Shown here: positions 7,033-15,251 of the stretch, one piece after another
Position numbering within the stretch: the stretch's first letter is position 1
Layout: each line of letters starts with the position of its first letter
IMG/VR virus record: IMGVR_UViG_3300037484_000907
Coordinates: 1-27,783 of that record
Source of the DNA: a virus
Taxonomy: Duplodnaviria; Caudoviricetes
Strand: one strand, 5' to 3'
Length of the DNA: 27,783 nucleotides
The notes under the pieces: model-generated
What the model was told of the DNA's origin: nothing
Database searches by the model: none
The model's input: the letters and a program-made list of their open reading frames with translations, nothing else
Made by a program: the position numbers and the translations under genes

Positions 7033-7584
7033 GTGTTCCGGTTTCGGCTCGACATTGCCGGGGAAGTGCAGTTCGATCGGGGAATAGCGCGGTTCTCCGA
7101 CTCAGTGGCGGACTACCGTCCGATCTGGCCGGTGATTGCGGATGATTTCTACGAACTGGAGAAGAGGCAGTTCAAGACTGAGGGGGCGGAGGGTGGTCCG
7201 TACGCGTGGCAATTCCTTTCTGAGAAATACGCGCTGTGGAAGGAAGTGAATTACCCGGGGACGCGGATCTTGGAACGGACAGGCGACCTGGAACGGTCAT
7301 TGACTCAGGCGGGCGACCCAAACGGCGTGCTGATTGAGGCGCGGAAGACACTTACCCTGGGAACTAAGATTCCATACGCTATCTATCATCAGTCGATCGA
7401 ACCGCGGAAGAAACTGCCGCGGCGGCCGGAGATCATGCTGACTGAGGGGTTTAAGCGGAAGACGATGCACCATTTCCATCAATACATGGTGCAGGTGGCG
7501 AGTGGATGCGGATTCCGAGTGGGACGGACGGACAGCGCGATCGCGGAGACCTGGCGGCGGGCGATGCGCGTTCCGATGAGTTAG
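7033..7584 (+). CDS. Phage virion morphogenesis/tail completion protein (Mu gpG / P2 gpS-like), 183 aa
   Basis: GTG start with SD GGGAG. Motifs are RQF.TEG...W..LS..Y..WK...ILERTGDLERSL...GTKIPYAIYHQ...LPRRP. Confidence 0.85.
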   Translation: MFRFRLDIAGEVQFDRGIARFSDSVADYRPIWPVIADDFYELEKRQFKTEGAEGGPYAWQFLSEKYALWKEVNYPGTRILERTGDLERSLTQAGDPNGVLIEARKTLTLGTKIPYAIYHQSIEPRKKLPRRPEIMLTEGFKRKTMHHFHQYMVQVASGCGFRVGRTDSAIAETWRRAMRVPMS

Positions 7585-7596
7585 CCGCGGATTGAT

Positions 7597-8040
7597 ATGG
7601 CTTTACTGATCAAGCCGGTGATTGACAAGCTGCTTGAGATCCTGGCGGCGGATACCACCAGCTTCGTCGAGTTCGGAAAGCTGTTCACCGGGGCGGCCGC
7701 GAACCTGCCGGCGGTGTGGGTGATGCCAGGGCGGACCGTCATCGATCCGGAATGCAGCATGCTGCGCCAGGCGCACTTGATCACGATCAAGTTCGGGGTG
7801 CAGGACGCGGACCCGAATACGCTGATGGATGCGGTCATGGCCCTGATGGTGGAGATTCACGACGCGATCTCGGCGAGCTGGCCGGCGGATTGGGTGGGCG
7901 CGGTCACCGGCGGCCAGGTGCAGAGCCTGGCGATCCGGGAACACGATTACGGGCCGACGTGGACGGCCGGCGGGATGGTGGCCAAGTTCCCGGAGATGGA
8001 CCTGGTGATTGAGGTCGATGAGCTGCGGGAGGAGTCATGA
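7597..8040 (+). CDS. Probable tail terminator, 147 aa
   Basis: Size, position before the tube gene, and the LPAVWVMPG beta/alpha pattern. The assignment rests mainly on synteny. Confidence 0.6.
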   Translation: MALLIKPVIDKLLEILAADTTSFVEFGKLFTGAAANLPAVWVMPGRTVIDPECSMLRQAHLITIKFGVQDADPNTLMDAVMALMVEIHDAISASWPADWVGAVTGGQVQSLAIREHDYGPTWTAGGMVAKFPEMDLVIEVDELREES

Positions 8041-8168
8041 CGAAACGGTACCGAGTGACGCTGCCGATCGAGATCGACGGCGTGGTTTACAGCTTCGGCG
8101 AAATCGTCGAACTGAGTTTGGAACAAGCGGCGCTCTATGCGCACGCACTGATCGCGGTGGAGGACTAG
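8037..8168 (+). CDS. Small tail-region protein, 43 aa, not in the ORF track
   Basis: ATGA overlap and SD GGAGGAG. It reads MTKRYRVTLPIEIDGVVYSFGEIVELSLEQAALYAHALIAVED*, ending 3 nt before the tube ATG. The Y.V..PI..DG..Y..G..VEL pattern is typical of small phage neck/tail proteins. Confidence 0.75.
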   Translation: MTKRYRVTLPIEIDGVVYSFGEIVELSLEQAALYAHALIAVED

Positions 8169-8171
8169 GAA

Positions 8172-9392
8172 ATGGCGGGCACGGCAAAGGACATACAAGT
8201 AAGTGAGGTTCACCAGGGGCCGGGCGACCTCTGGGTAATCGCGACGCCTCCGGTGGATGCCACACCGCGGCTTACGCTGGCGGCCAATGGTACGCCGGAC
8301 TCGGTGACGCACGGCGCATGCGTGCACCTGGGCGCGATTCAGAGCGCGATCACGACCAAGGTCCAGGGCAAGATGGCGATGATCGACATGGATCAGTACG
8401 ACTCGCCGATCGACGGGTTTGCAACGGACCTCGAAGCCTCGATAGAGGCCGAGATGGCCCAGACGGAATCCGCCAAGTTACAGCGGGCGCTGGGCGTGGC
8501 GACCTACGCGACGGGGAGTGGCTACAAGCACCTGACTTTCGGGGGCACGCTGGTGGTTCCGACGCTGTGCATCGCGGCCATTTCGCCGAAGCGGACCGCC
8601 GCGGCGAAGCACATCATCGCGACGTTGTTCTCAGCCGTTGCGGTGGGCGGATTTCAGGTGGCGTTCGGGCGGGCGAAGAGTTCAACCTACAAGGCGAAGT
8701 TCGTGGGGATCGCCGACCTGGCGCGAACGGCGGGGAAGCAAGTCGGCATCGTGCACGAGACACTGGCGGACGCCTCGGGCGGAACGCCGATCGCGAAGGA
8801 CGCGACGGTGGCGGAGATCTACCAGGGGCCGGGAGATCTCTGGCTGATCGACGCGGCGCCGACCGACAACGCGGTACGGGTGACGTTGGATGCGACGACG
8901 CTGACTCCGGACGCGACGGCACACGCGAACGCGAAGCACTTGGGCGGGACGGCGGGCGAGATCACGCTGACCGTGACCCCGAAGATCGGGTTCATCCGGC
9001 TGGACCAGGTGGACGCGCCGGTGGGCGTGTTCATTGAAAGCCTCGAAGCCAAGATCGAGGCCGAGATGAGCCAGACGGAGATGTTGAAGCTATCGCGAAC
9101 CCTTGGGGTGGGGAGCTACTCGGGAGATGCGACTCCGCCGGTGTCGTGGAAACAAGTGACCTTCGGAGGGACCGACCAGGCGGCGTCGATCTGCATCGCG
9201 GCGATCGCAAAGAAGCGGACGGACGCCACGAAGGCGGGGGTGATGTGCTTGTACCGGGTGCAGCCGACGAGCGGGATAGAGATTACTATGTCCCGGAAAA
9301 AGCAAAGCACCTATAAGGTGTCGTTCACCGGGCTGGCGGATCTGACGCGGACGGCGGGGAAACAGATCGGCGTGTTCCACGAAATGATTTAG
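8172..9392 (+). CDS. Major tail (tube) protein made of two tandem tube domains, 406 aa
   Basis: SD GGAGG and position before the chaperone and tape measure. The halves share QGPGDLW, HLG, LEA.IEAEM.QTE..KL.R.LGV, TFGGT, CIAAI..KRT, STYK..F.G.ADL.RTAGKQ.G..HE. Confidence 0.85.
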   Translation: MAGTAKDIQVSEVHQGPGDLWVIATPPVDATPRLTLAANGTPDSVTHGACVHLGAIQSAITTKVQGKMAMIDMDQYDSPIDGFATDLEASIEAEMAQTESAKLQRALGVATYATGSGYKHLTFGGTLVVPTLCIAAISPKRTAAAKHIIATLFSAVAVGGFQVAFGRAKSSTYKAKFVGIADLARTAGKQVGIVHETLADASGGTPIAKDATVAEIYQGPGDLWLIDAAPTDNAVRVTLDATTLTPDATAHANAKHLGGTAGEITLTVTPKIGFIRLDQVDAPVGVFIESLEAKIEAEMSQTEMLKLSRTLGVGSYSGDATPPVSWKQVTFGGTDQAASICIAAIAKKRTDATKAGVMCLYRVQPTSGIEITMSRKKQSTYKVSFTGLADLTRTAGKQIGVFHEMI

Positions 9393-9409
9393 CACTTGAG
9401 GGGGGAATT

Positions 9410-9898
9410 GTGGCGAGAGCAAGCGAGTGGAAGGCGCGCGCGGGAGAGCGCGCGCGGGCGGAGGCGGCTCCGTTGGAGCTGCCGAGCGGTCAGGAGATTC
9501 TGGCGCGGCGGCCGGATGCGGCGCAGCTCGCGGTTTGGGGGCGGCTGCCGTTGCAGCTCGCGGCCGCGGCGATGACGGGGGGCGAGACGCCGGAGTTCAC
9601 GGTGGAGGACGGCGTCGAACTGATGACGTTCTACCGTGAGCTGCTGAACTACTGTTGCGTCGAGCCTCGCATTTCGCTGGCGCCCGCCGGCGACGACGAA
9701 ATCCATCCCAAGGACATCCCACAGGAGGACTGGCAGTACATCCTGCGCTGGGCCATGCGGTTCGAGGAGGGCCGCAAGTTCGAGGGGTTTCGTCGCGAGC
9801 GAGCAGGCTCTGGCGTTGGCGGCGACGGCGAAGTTGTGGGGGGCCCGGCCGTCGGCGTTGTTGGGGATGACGGACCCGGTGTTGGCCTTGAAGTTTGA
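9410..9898 (+). CDS. Tail assembly chaperone (gpG-like), 162 aa
   Basis: GTG start with SD GAGGGGG, between tube and tape measure. Motifs are LELPSG...RRP, CVEPRI and DIPQEDWQYI..WA. Confidence 0.8.
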   Translation: MARASEWKARAGERARAEAAPLELPSGQEILARRPDAAQLAVWGRLPLQLAAAAMTGGETPEFTVEDGVELMTFYRELLNYCCVEPRISLAPAGDDEIHPKDIPQEDWQYILRWAMRFEEGRKFEGFRRERAGSGVGGDGEVVGGPAVGVVGDDGPGVGLEV

Positions 9899-9956
9899 TT
9901 TGGCTATGACGGTGCGGATGAAGGAATTGGCCGCGGATAAACACGATGTCGATTGA
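9789..9956 (+). CDS. Frameshift extension of the tail chaperone (gpGT-like C-terminus), +1 frame
   Basis: The +1 frame from TTT-C at 9788-9791 reads FVASEQALALAATAKLWGARPSALLGMTDPVLALKFDLAMTVRMKELAADKHDVD*. Its stop overlaps the tape measure start. Confidence 0.72.
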   Translation, partial: FVASEQALALAATAKLWGARPSALLGMTDPVLALKFDLAMTVRMKELAADKHDVD

Positions 9957-12342
9957 TTCCAGCGCGAATTTGCTGTTCAACATCTCGGCGGATCCTTCCG
10001 CGGCGCAAAGCAACATAACGGCGTTTCGCGGGCTGTTGTCGAAGGACCTGGGCGCGATGGGAGCGGAGTTCGAGGGCTGGTCGAAGAAAGTCTTCGGGAA
10101 TCTGACGACGGTGTCGGGCGGATTCGCGGCGGTGGGGGCGGCGCTGGCGGCGGGGGTGGTCGCGGCCGCGGGGGCGATGTCGGCGGCGGCGGACAAGGCC
10201 GCCGACTACGCGCTCAAGATCGAGGACGGCGGCGAGAAGACGGGGATCGCGTCCGAGGACATGAGCAAGCTGCACTACGCGGCGCGGATGACGGAGACGC
10301 GGTATGAGGCCCTGGTCGGCGGATTGACGAAGTTCGCGTCGACCATCGACAAGGCCCGGGATGCGACCTCGCAGCAGGCGGCCGTATTCCACCGGATGGG
10401 GATCTCGCAGGCTGAGATCGAGGCCGGCTCGCGGAACATGCTGCCTCTTTTCTACCGCGTGACGGATGCCTTCAAAGACCAAATGACCGCGGTGGAGCGG
10501 ACCGCGGTGGCGCGGGATCTGTTCAGCCGGGGGGGCGCGGAACTGGTCGAGATGCTGAAGCGCGGGTCCGGGGCGCTGCGGGATATGGGGGACGAAGCCA
10601 CCCGGCTGGGGCTCATCATTACCGAGCAGGACATCGTCGCGGCGAAGGAACTCAAGGCCGAGATGGCGTTCCTGAAGGCCGAAACCGAGGCGCTGACGCT
10701 GTCATTGGGAAAGCTGTCCATGCCCCTCAAGACAGATTTCCTCATTGGCGTCGAGGGCATGATCGGGGGGATGAAGGCGGCCCTGGCGGGCGGATCCGGG
10801 GACCTGATGGGGTTGATCCGGAATTTCACGACCGGGTTCGCGGTGGCATCGGTGGAGGCCGCCGAGCGGATACAGCGGAACGTGCGCGCGGGAATGCAAG
10901 GCGTCGGCGAGGGACTAGAACCGCCGGAGGGGACCAAGAAAGTCACTCAGGATTTCTGGGGCCTGACCAATGTGCTCGAGCAGCTCCGGGCGAAGTCGGC
11001 GGCGGCGCAGGGGGAAGAGGCAAAGCTGGGGCAGGAGTTTGCGCACCTGCGACTGGAACTGGGGAAGGCCGGCGAGGAGTTCAAGAAGTTGCGAGATTCC
11101 GGAAAGTTGGATCCGGAAGCGATCAAGCGGGAGCAGGCGGCGTTGCTGGGGATGTTCCCGGCGCTGATCAAGGCCGAGTCGGGGGCGTGGCAGGAACTCA
11201 TCGACAAGCGCGCGGCTGCGGTGGAGGCGGCGGGGGTGGACCTCCAGCAGCGGCTGCTGGGGCAGCAGGAACGGACGGCCGAGGGGGAGCGGGCGGCGTG
11301 GGACGCGGAGATCGTCCGGCTCACGGCGCACCTGGCGAAGGCGAAGACTCTGACGGAGGCGAACCAGGCTCTGATCGCGGAGGTTCATCGGGCGGGGCTA
11401 TACAAGATCGCGCGGGAACAGAACGAGGCGTTCGTGCGGGAGCTGGCGACCTTGCAGCACGAACTGGCCGCGACGTTCGGGGCACGGCAGACGAACGCCG
11501 AGCGGCTGAAGTGGCAATACGATCAGGACCTGGTGAAGTTCGGCGAGGTGGAGGAAGCGAAGACGCTGAAGACCGCGAGCAGCGAGGCCGAACGCGAGAT
11601 TATCAGGCGGCAATACGACATGAACCGGGCGGCGGCATTTGCGCGATACGGCGAAGAGATGACGGCGCTGTACAACTCGCAGGGCTGGCAGGGGCTGTTC
11701 GGGGCGGAGTTCGCGCAACGCATTCGGGGCAACGAGGCGCTGCTGCGGGAATGGGCGTACAGCGCGGACCAGTCGCTGATGATGGTGCGAGTGGCGGCGG
11801 AATCGCTGCGAGAGATGGCCGTGAAGACGTTCGGCCAGTTTGCGCAGGCGATGGGGCAAAACATCGCGCAGGCCATCGTCTACAAGAAATCGATTGGCGA
11901 GGCGATGCGGGCGGCGGCGGCCGAGACGATGGCGGCGATCGCGGCCGAATCGTTCGTGCAGGCGATCTACGCGACCGCGATCGGCTTCATCCGGCTGGCG
12001 CAGCACGATTACGTGGCGGCCGGCCAGGCGTTCCAGGCGGCGGGGATATTCGCGGGCGTGGGCGTGGCGGCGGCGGTGGCGGGAAGGGCTATTGCGCCTA
12101 AGCAGGCGGGCGCTGGCGCGGCCGGAGGGGCGGGGGAAGGGGTAAGCGGCGGCGGGAGCGCGGCGGGGGCCTCAGAGGCCCAGGAAACGCGCGGGCCAAG
12201 GGTCCAAATCATTATCAATGGGCACATCGTCGGGCGGCAGGGGATCGAGGAGATGATGCAGATGATGAACGAGGCGGTGCGGGATCGGGACGTGTCGCTG
12301 GTGGCCAGCGGGGTCAAGAACAATACGAGGTTGCTGCGATGA
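9946..12342 (+). CDS. Tail tape measure protein, 798 aa
   Basis: Long Ala-rich helical ORF after the chaperone. The N-terminus LLFNISAD and the segments KTGI..E..S.L.YAA, F.RMGIS and ARDLFSRGGAELV..L..GS are typical. Confidence 0.93.
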   Translation: MSIDSSANLLFNISADPSAAQSNITAFRGLLSKDLGAMGAEFEGWSKKVFGNLTTVSGGFAAVGAALAAGVVAAAGAMSAAADKAADYALKIEDGGEKTGIASEDMSKLHYAARMTETRYEALVGGLTKFASTIDKARDATSQQAAVFHRMGISQAEIEAGSRNMLPLFYRVTDAFKDQMTAVERTAVARDLFSRGGAELVEMLKRGSGALRDMGDEATRLGLIITEQDIVAAKELKAEMAFLKAETEALTLSLGKLSMPLKTDFLIGVEGMIGGMKAALAGGSGDLMGLIRNFTTGFAVASVEAAERIQRNVRAGMQGVGEGLEPPEGTKKVTQDFWGLTNVLEQLRAKSAAAQGEEAKLGQEFAHLRLELGKAGEEFKKLRDSGKLDPEAIKREQAALLGMFPALIKAESGAWQELIDKRAAAVEAAGVDLQQRLLGQQERTAEGERAAWDAEIVRLTAHLAKAKTLTEANQALIAEVHRAGLYKIAREQNEAFVRELATLQHELAATFGARQTNAERLKWQYDQDLVKFGEVEEAKTLKTASSEAEREIIRRQYDMNRAAAFARYGEEMTALYNSQGWQGLFGAEFAQRIRGNEALLREWAYSADQSLMMVRVAAESLREMAVKTFGQFAQAMGQNIAQAIVYKKSIGEAMRAAAAETMAAIAAESFVQAIYATAIGFIRLAQHDYVAAGQAFQAAGIFAGVGVAAAVAGRAIAPKQAGAGAAGGAGEGVSGGGSAAGASEAQETRGPRVQIIINGHIVGRQGIEEMMQMMNEAVRDRDVSLVASGVKNNTRLLR

Positions 12343-12566
12343 ACTGGGAGCTGGCCCTGGCCTACCAGGTTCTGACATCGACGGTGTGCCAGTGCCGGCG
12401 GACGAAGTCGGTCCACCTGGCGGTGTGTGAGCGGTGTTGGAAGCGGCTGCCGGTGGCGGAGCGCAACGCGCTTTACCGGCGGGTGGGCGAAGGATTTGGC
12501 GCGGCGTACGAGACGGCGTGCCGGCTGCTGGGCCGACAGGCCGACCAATTGGAGTTGGGGATCTGA
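12339..12566 (+). CDS. Small Cys-rich (CxC...CxxCW) zinc-finger-like protein, 75 aa
   Basis: Coupled on both sides (ATGA and TGATG). The sequence includes CQCRRTK...CERCWKRLP...RNALY. Confidence 0.7.
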   Translation: MNWELALAYQVLTSTVCQCRRTKSVHLAVCERCWKRLPVAERNALYRRVGEGFGAAYETACRLLGRQADQLELGI

Positions 12567-13012
12567 TGGGACTGCCCCTGGTGACTTATCCCGCGGCCAC
12601 GGAACACACGCACTTGCAGTTCGAGCGCGGGCCGGTGGGTTTCAGGTGCCAGGCGAAGGCGATCGTACACGACAACGAGGCGACGAGCGGGATACGGGAG
12701 CGGGTTACGGAGCGGGTCGATCTGCTGCTGTCTTTCACGATGCCCGCGATGCGGGTGGATGACGACCTGGCGGATTGGTCGGCGTTCATGGAATGGGCGT
12801 TGGGGGGCGGGGAGTTCTGGTTTTCTCCGGATTCGGACCTGGCGGACTATTACACCTGCGTTTCCGAGGATGAGGAGTTTACGCCGGAGCGGAGGGCTCC
12901 GGGGGTGTACTCGGCGTCGTTCGTGTGGCGGATCGTGCCGGACGAGCTGGCGCCGGCGGGACCTGGCGACGTGTTGGGGGCGTTTTATGGCACATCGCAA
13001 TTGCCGGCATGA
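12566..13012 (+). CDS. Probable distal tail protein (Dit-like), 148 aa
   Basis: ATG at 12566. It lies just after the tape measure and shows a N.A.SG.RE...L.F...W.AF..WA..G..F.F.PD pattern. Confidence 0.65.
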   Translation: MGLPLVTYPAATEHTHLQFERGPVGFRCQAKAIVHDNEATSGIRERVTERVDLLLSFTMPAMRVDDDLADWSAFMEWALGGGEFWFSPDSDLADYYTCVSEDEEFTPERRAPGVYSASFVWRIVPDELAPAGPGDVLGAFYGTSQLPA

Positions 13013-13036
13013 GAAGGAACTGGAGGCTTTAGTGCG

Positions 13037-13471
13037 ATGAAGGCGCTGTCACTACCTCAGCCGCTGGCCACTCTGGTGGTGTGCGGTCTGAAGCAACTCC
13101 ACCCCGAGTGCTGGCGCACGGGGTACCGGGGGCCAGTGGCGATTTACGCGCTCGACAAATATCCGCAGGGGGCGGAACTGAACCTTTGCGAGATGCCGAC
13201 AGTGCGGGGGGCGCTGTATGGCCAGGGATGCAGGAACCTCTTCGAAGTGCCGTTGGGCGCCGTGATTGGAACGGTCGAACTAGTGGATTGTATCATGGCC
13301 GAACATTTGACCCCGATCCTGCTGACCAGGCGGGAGCAGTTGTGGGGGGAATACAAGCCGGGGCATTGGGTATTCGTGTTTCGGGCGGCGGTGAGGTTTC
13401 GGAAGCCGGTGGCGGCGGTGGGGGGTATGGAGTTGTGGGACTGGCGGGGGTCGGTGGGGGCATGCGCATGA
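13037..13471 (+). CDS. ASCH-domain protein with a degenerate motif, 144 aa
   Basis: SD GGAGG. It reads MKALSLPQPLATLVVCGLK...W.TGYRGPVAIYA...PLGAVIGTVELVDC...G...LW.W. Confidence 0.85.
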   Translation: MKALSLPQPLATLVVCGLKQLHPECWRTGYRGPVAIYALDKYPQGAELNLCEMPTVRGALYGQGCRNLFEVPLGAVIGTVELVDCIMAEHLTPILLTRREQLWGEYKPGHWVFVFRAAVRFRKPVAAVGGMELWDWRGSVGACA

Positions 13472-14259
13472 GCACCAAGATCGAGTGGGCGGATGAAACC
13501 TGGAGTCCGGTCGTCGGGTGTTCGAAGCGCACGGCGGGCTGCGATAACTGCTACGCGATTCGGGAATGTCACCGGATGGGGTGCAATCCGAATGCGGCAA
13601 TGCGGGCGAACTATGGCGGGCTGGTGATGCCGGACGGGAAGGATTGGACGGGCGAGGTTCGGCTGCTGAAGCACCGGCTGGATCGGCCAGGACAGTGGAA
13701 TACTCCGAAGCTGGTGTTCGTGAACCCGCTGGCGGATCTGTTTCACAATCGCGTGCGGATCGCGTGGGTCGAAGAAATCTTCGATGTGATGCGGACCTAC
13801 CATCAGCACACCTACATTGTCCTTACGAAACGCTGGCAGTGGATGCAACACATTTGCCCATCGCCGCCGTTGCCGAACCTGCTGCTGGGTGTGTCGGTGC
13901 ACGATCGACAAAGCTTCGACCAGGCCTGGCCGTACTTACGGGAGACGCCGGCGGCGGGGCGAGTTGTGAGTCACGAGCCGGCGCTGGGGCCGCTGGGGCT
14001 GCCCGCGGATGCGGTGGCGGGGGATCGGCGCCTGGCCTGGGTGATCTGCGGCGGGGAATCAGGCAAGCGCGCGCGGCGGATGGATCAGGATTGGGCCCGG
14101 AGGTTACGCGACCAGTGCGCGGCGGCGGAGATTCCATTCTTCTTCAAACAGTGGGGGGAGTGGGGTCCGGATTCTTCGGTGCGCGTGGGAAAGAAGAAGG
14201 CCGGGCGATTGTTGGACGGGCGGACATGGGACGCGCGGCCGTGGGTGAGGCGGGCATGA
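13468..14259 (+). CDS. DUF5131 (phage Gp37/Gp68) family protein with a three-Cys radical-SAM-like motif, 263 aa
   Basis: Motifs are MSTKIEWADETWSPVVGCSKRTAGCDNCYA, FVNPLADLFH, LTKR, LGVSV, VSHEPALGP, WVICGGESG..AR and PFFFKQWG. Confidence 0.93.
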   Translation: MSTKIEWADETWSPVVGCSKRTAGCDNCYAIRECHRMGCNPNAAMRANYGGLVMPDGKDWTGEVRLLKHRLDRPGQWNTPKLVFVNPLADLFHNRVRIAWVEEIFDVMRTYHQHTYIVLTKRWQWMQHICPSPPLPNLLLGVSVHDRQSFDQAWPYLRETPAAGRVVSHEPALGPLGLPADAVAGDRRLAWVICGGESGKRARRMDQDWARRLRDQCAAAEIPFFFKQWGEWGPDSSVRVGKKKAGRLLDGRTWDARPWVRRA

Positions 14260-14891
14260 GCTACTTCAACCTGGAGATCGATCCTCGGGAGGCGCGGAGT
14301 TTGGAACACACATTAAATCGCCGGTACAACGGAGCACAGTTATTCGCGGTGAAGGCTCCGGACGCGGCGGGGACGCTGAAGGTCTGGGCGACGGATTTGG
14401 ACGAGGCGCGGGAGCACGTCCTCAACGCGATGTTCGATCTTGTGTTCAATCGCCTGCGGGTGGGCGCCCATCTGGAGAATCCGAAGTGCATTTTCTGCGG
14501 TCACAAGACGGAAAGCCGCGGGCGAAACAGTTCCGGGACGCGGGGGTATCGTTGCTTGAACCCCGAATGCCGGCGGAATTTTGTGCTGCACCGGACGTTT
14601 CGGGGCGGGGTGAATCATCCATCGCAAAGTAAAAAGCCGGAGTTTGCGCGGTTGCTATTGGCTGGCACTCCTGTGGCCGAGGCGGCGGACCGGTTGGGAC
14701 TTAATCATCAAACGGCGGGGAACTGGGGGGCGCAGATCGAGGCATTGAACTGCGAGAAGTTCGCGGAATTGAAGTGCCGGTGCGGGCGGGCCTTGCGGCA
14801 TCGGGGGATTTGCATCCACAGATACACGCCGGAGGGGCTGGCGCGGATGATTGCGTCGGTACGGCGATCGCCGCGGAGGGCGACAGCATGA
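14256..14891 (+). CDS. Zn-ribbon plus HTH DNA-binding protein (IS1 InsA-like architecture) with an extra C-terminal CxC..H..C motif, 211 aa
   Basis: PKCIFCG...GRNSSGTRGYRCLNPECRRNF, HTH LLLAGTPVAEAADRLGLNHQTAGNW and CRCGRALRHRGIC. ATGA-coupled on both sides. Confidence 0.7.
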   Translation: MSYFNLEIDPREARSLEHTLNRRYNGAQLFAVKAPDAAGTLKVWATDLDEAREHVLNAMFDLVFNRLRVGAHLENPKCIFCGHKTESRGRNSSGTRGYRCLNPECRRNFVLHRTFRGGVNHPSQSKKPEFARLLLAGTPVAEAADRLGLNHQTAGNWGAQIEALNCEKFAELKCRCGRALRHRGICIHRYTPEGLARMIASVRRSPRRATA

Positions 14892-15241
14892 GCGCAGATG
14901 ACAAGGGGAAGCTGCACCGCGTGGTGCGGTTGGTGGGCGGCGGGGATCAGTTACTTGGTTACATGATCGAGTGTCCGGGCTGCGCTTTGAACACGGCGCC
15001 GGGAGCCTCCCAGCATCATGTGATCTGGGTCGGGGAAGCGAACGGTCAACGTGCGACATGGTCTTTTAATGGCGATATGGAACACCCGACCTTTTCGCCT
15101 TCGGTACGCGTTTCTTGGGAGGAAGGCGAGGACCGTAAGTCCCGCTGTTGCCATTTTTTCGTACGCGGCGGTTGGATCGAGTTTTGCGCCGATTCAACGC
15201 ACGCTTTGGCGGGACAGACTGTGCCCTTACGAGAATGGTGA
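14888..15241 (+). CDS. DUF6527-like Cys/His metal-binding protein, 117 aa
   Basis: ECPGC...H...WSFNGDMEHPTFSPSV...CHFFVRGGWIEFCADSTHALAGQTVPL. Confidence 0.8.
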   Translation: MSADDKGKLHRVVRLVGGGDQLLGYMIECPGCALNTAPGASQHHVIWVGEANGQRATWSFNGDMEHPTFSPSVRVSWEEGEDRKSRCCHFFVRGGWIEFCADSTHALAGQTVPLREW

Positions 15242-15251
15242 GTTACCCGAT

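Noticed and set aside
8037-9392. Contractile tail, tailocin or extracellular injection system
   Set aside because: No sheath or baseplate wedge genes are recognisable, and a full head module is present.
9785-9791. Canonical -1 slippery heptamer GGGTTTC
   Set aside because: It is out of phase with the chaperone codons (GGG TTT CGT), and the -1 frame encodes an Arg-rich, non-protein-like peptide ending at 9870.
13009-13032. Mini-ORF MRRNWRL overlapping the Dit stop
   Set aside because: At 7 codons it is too short to support, and the sequence is explained by the SD of the next gene.
14256-15241. IS1 element
   Set aside because: There is no InsB/DDE domain, no A6C frameshift motif and no terminal inverted repeats, and the genes are coupled to their neighbours.
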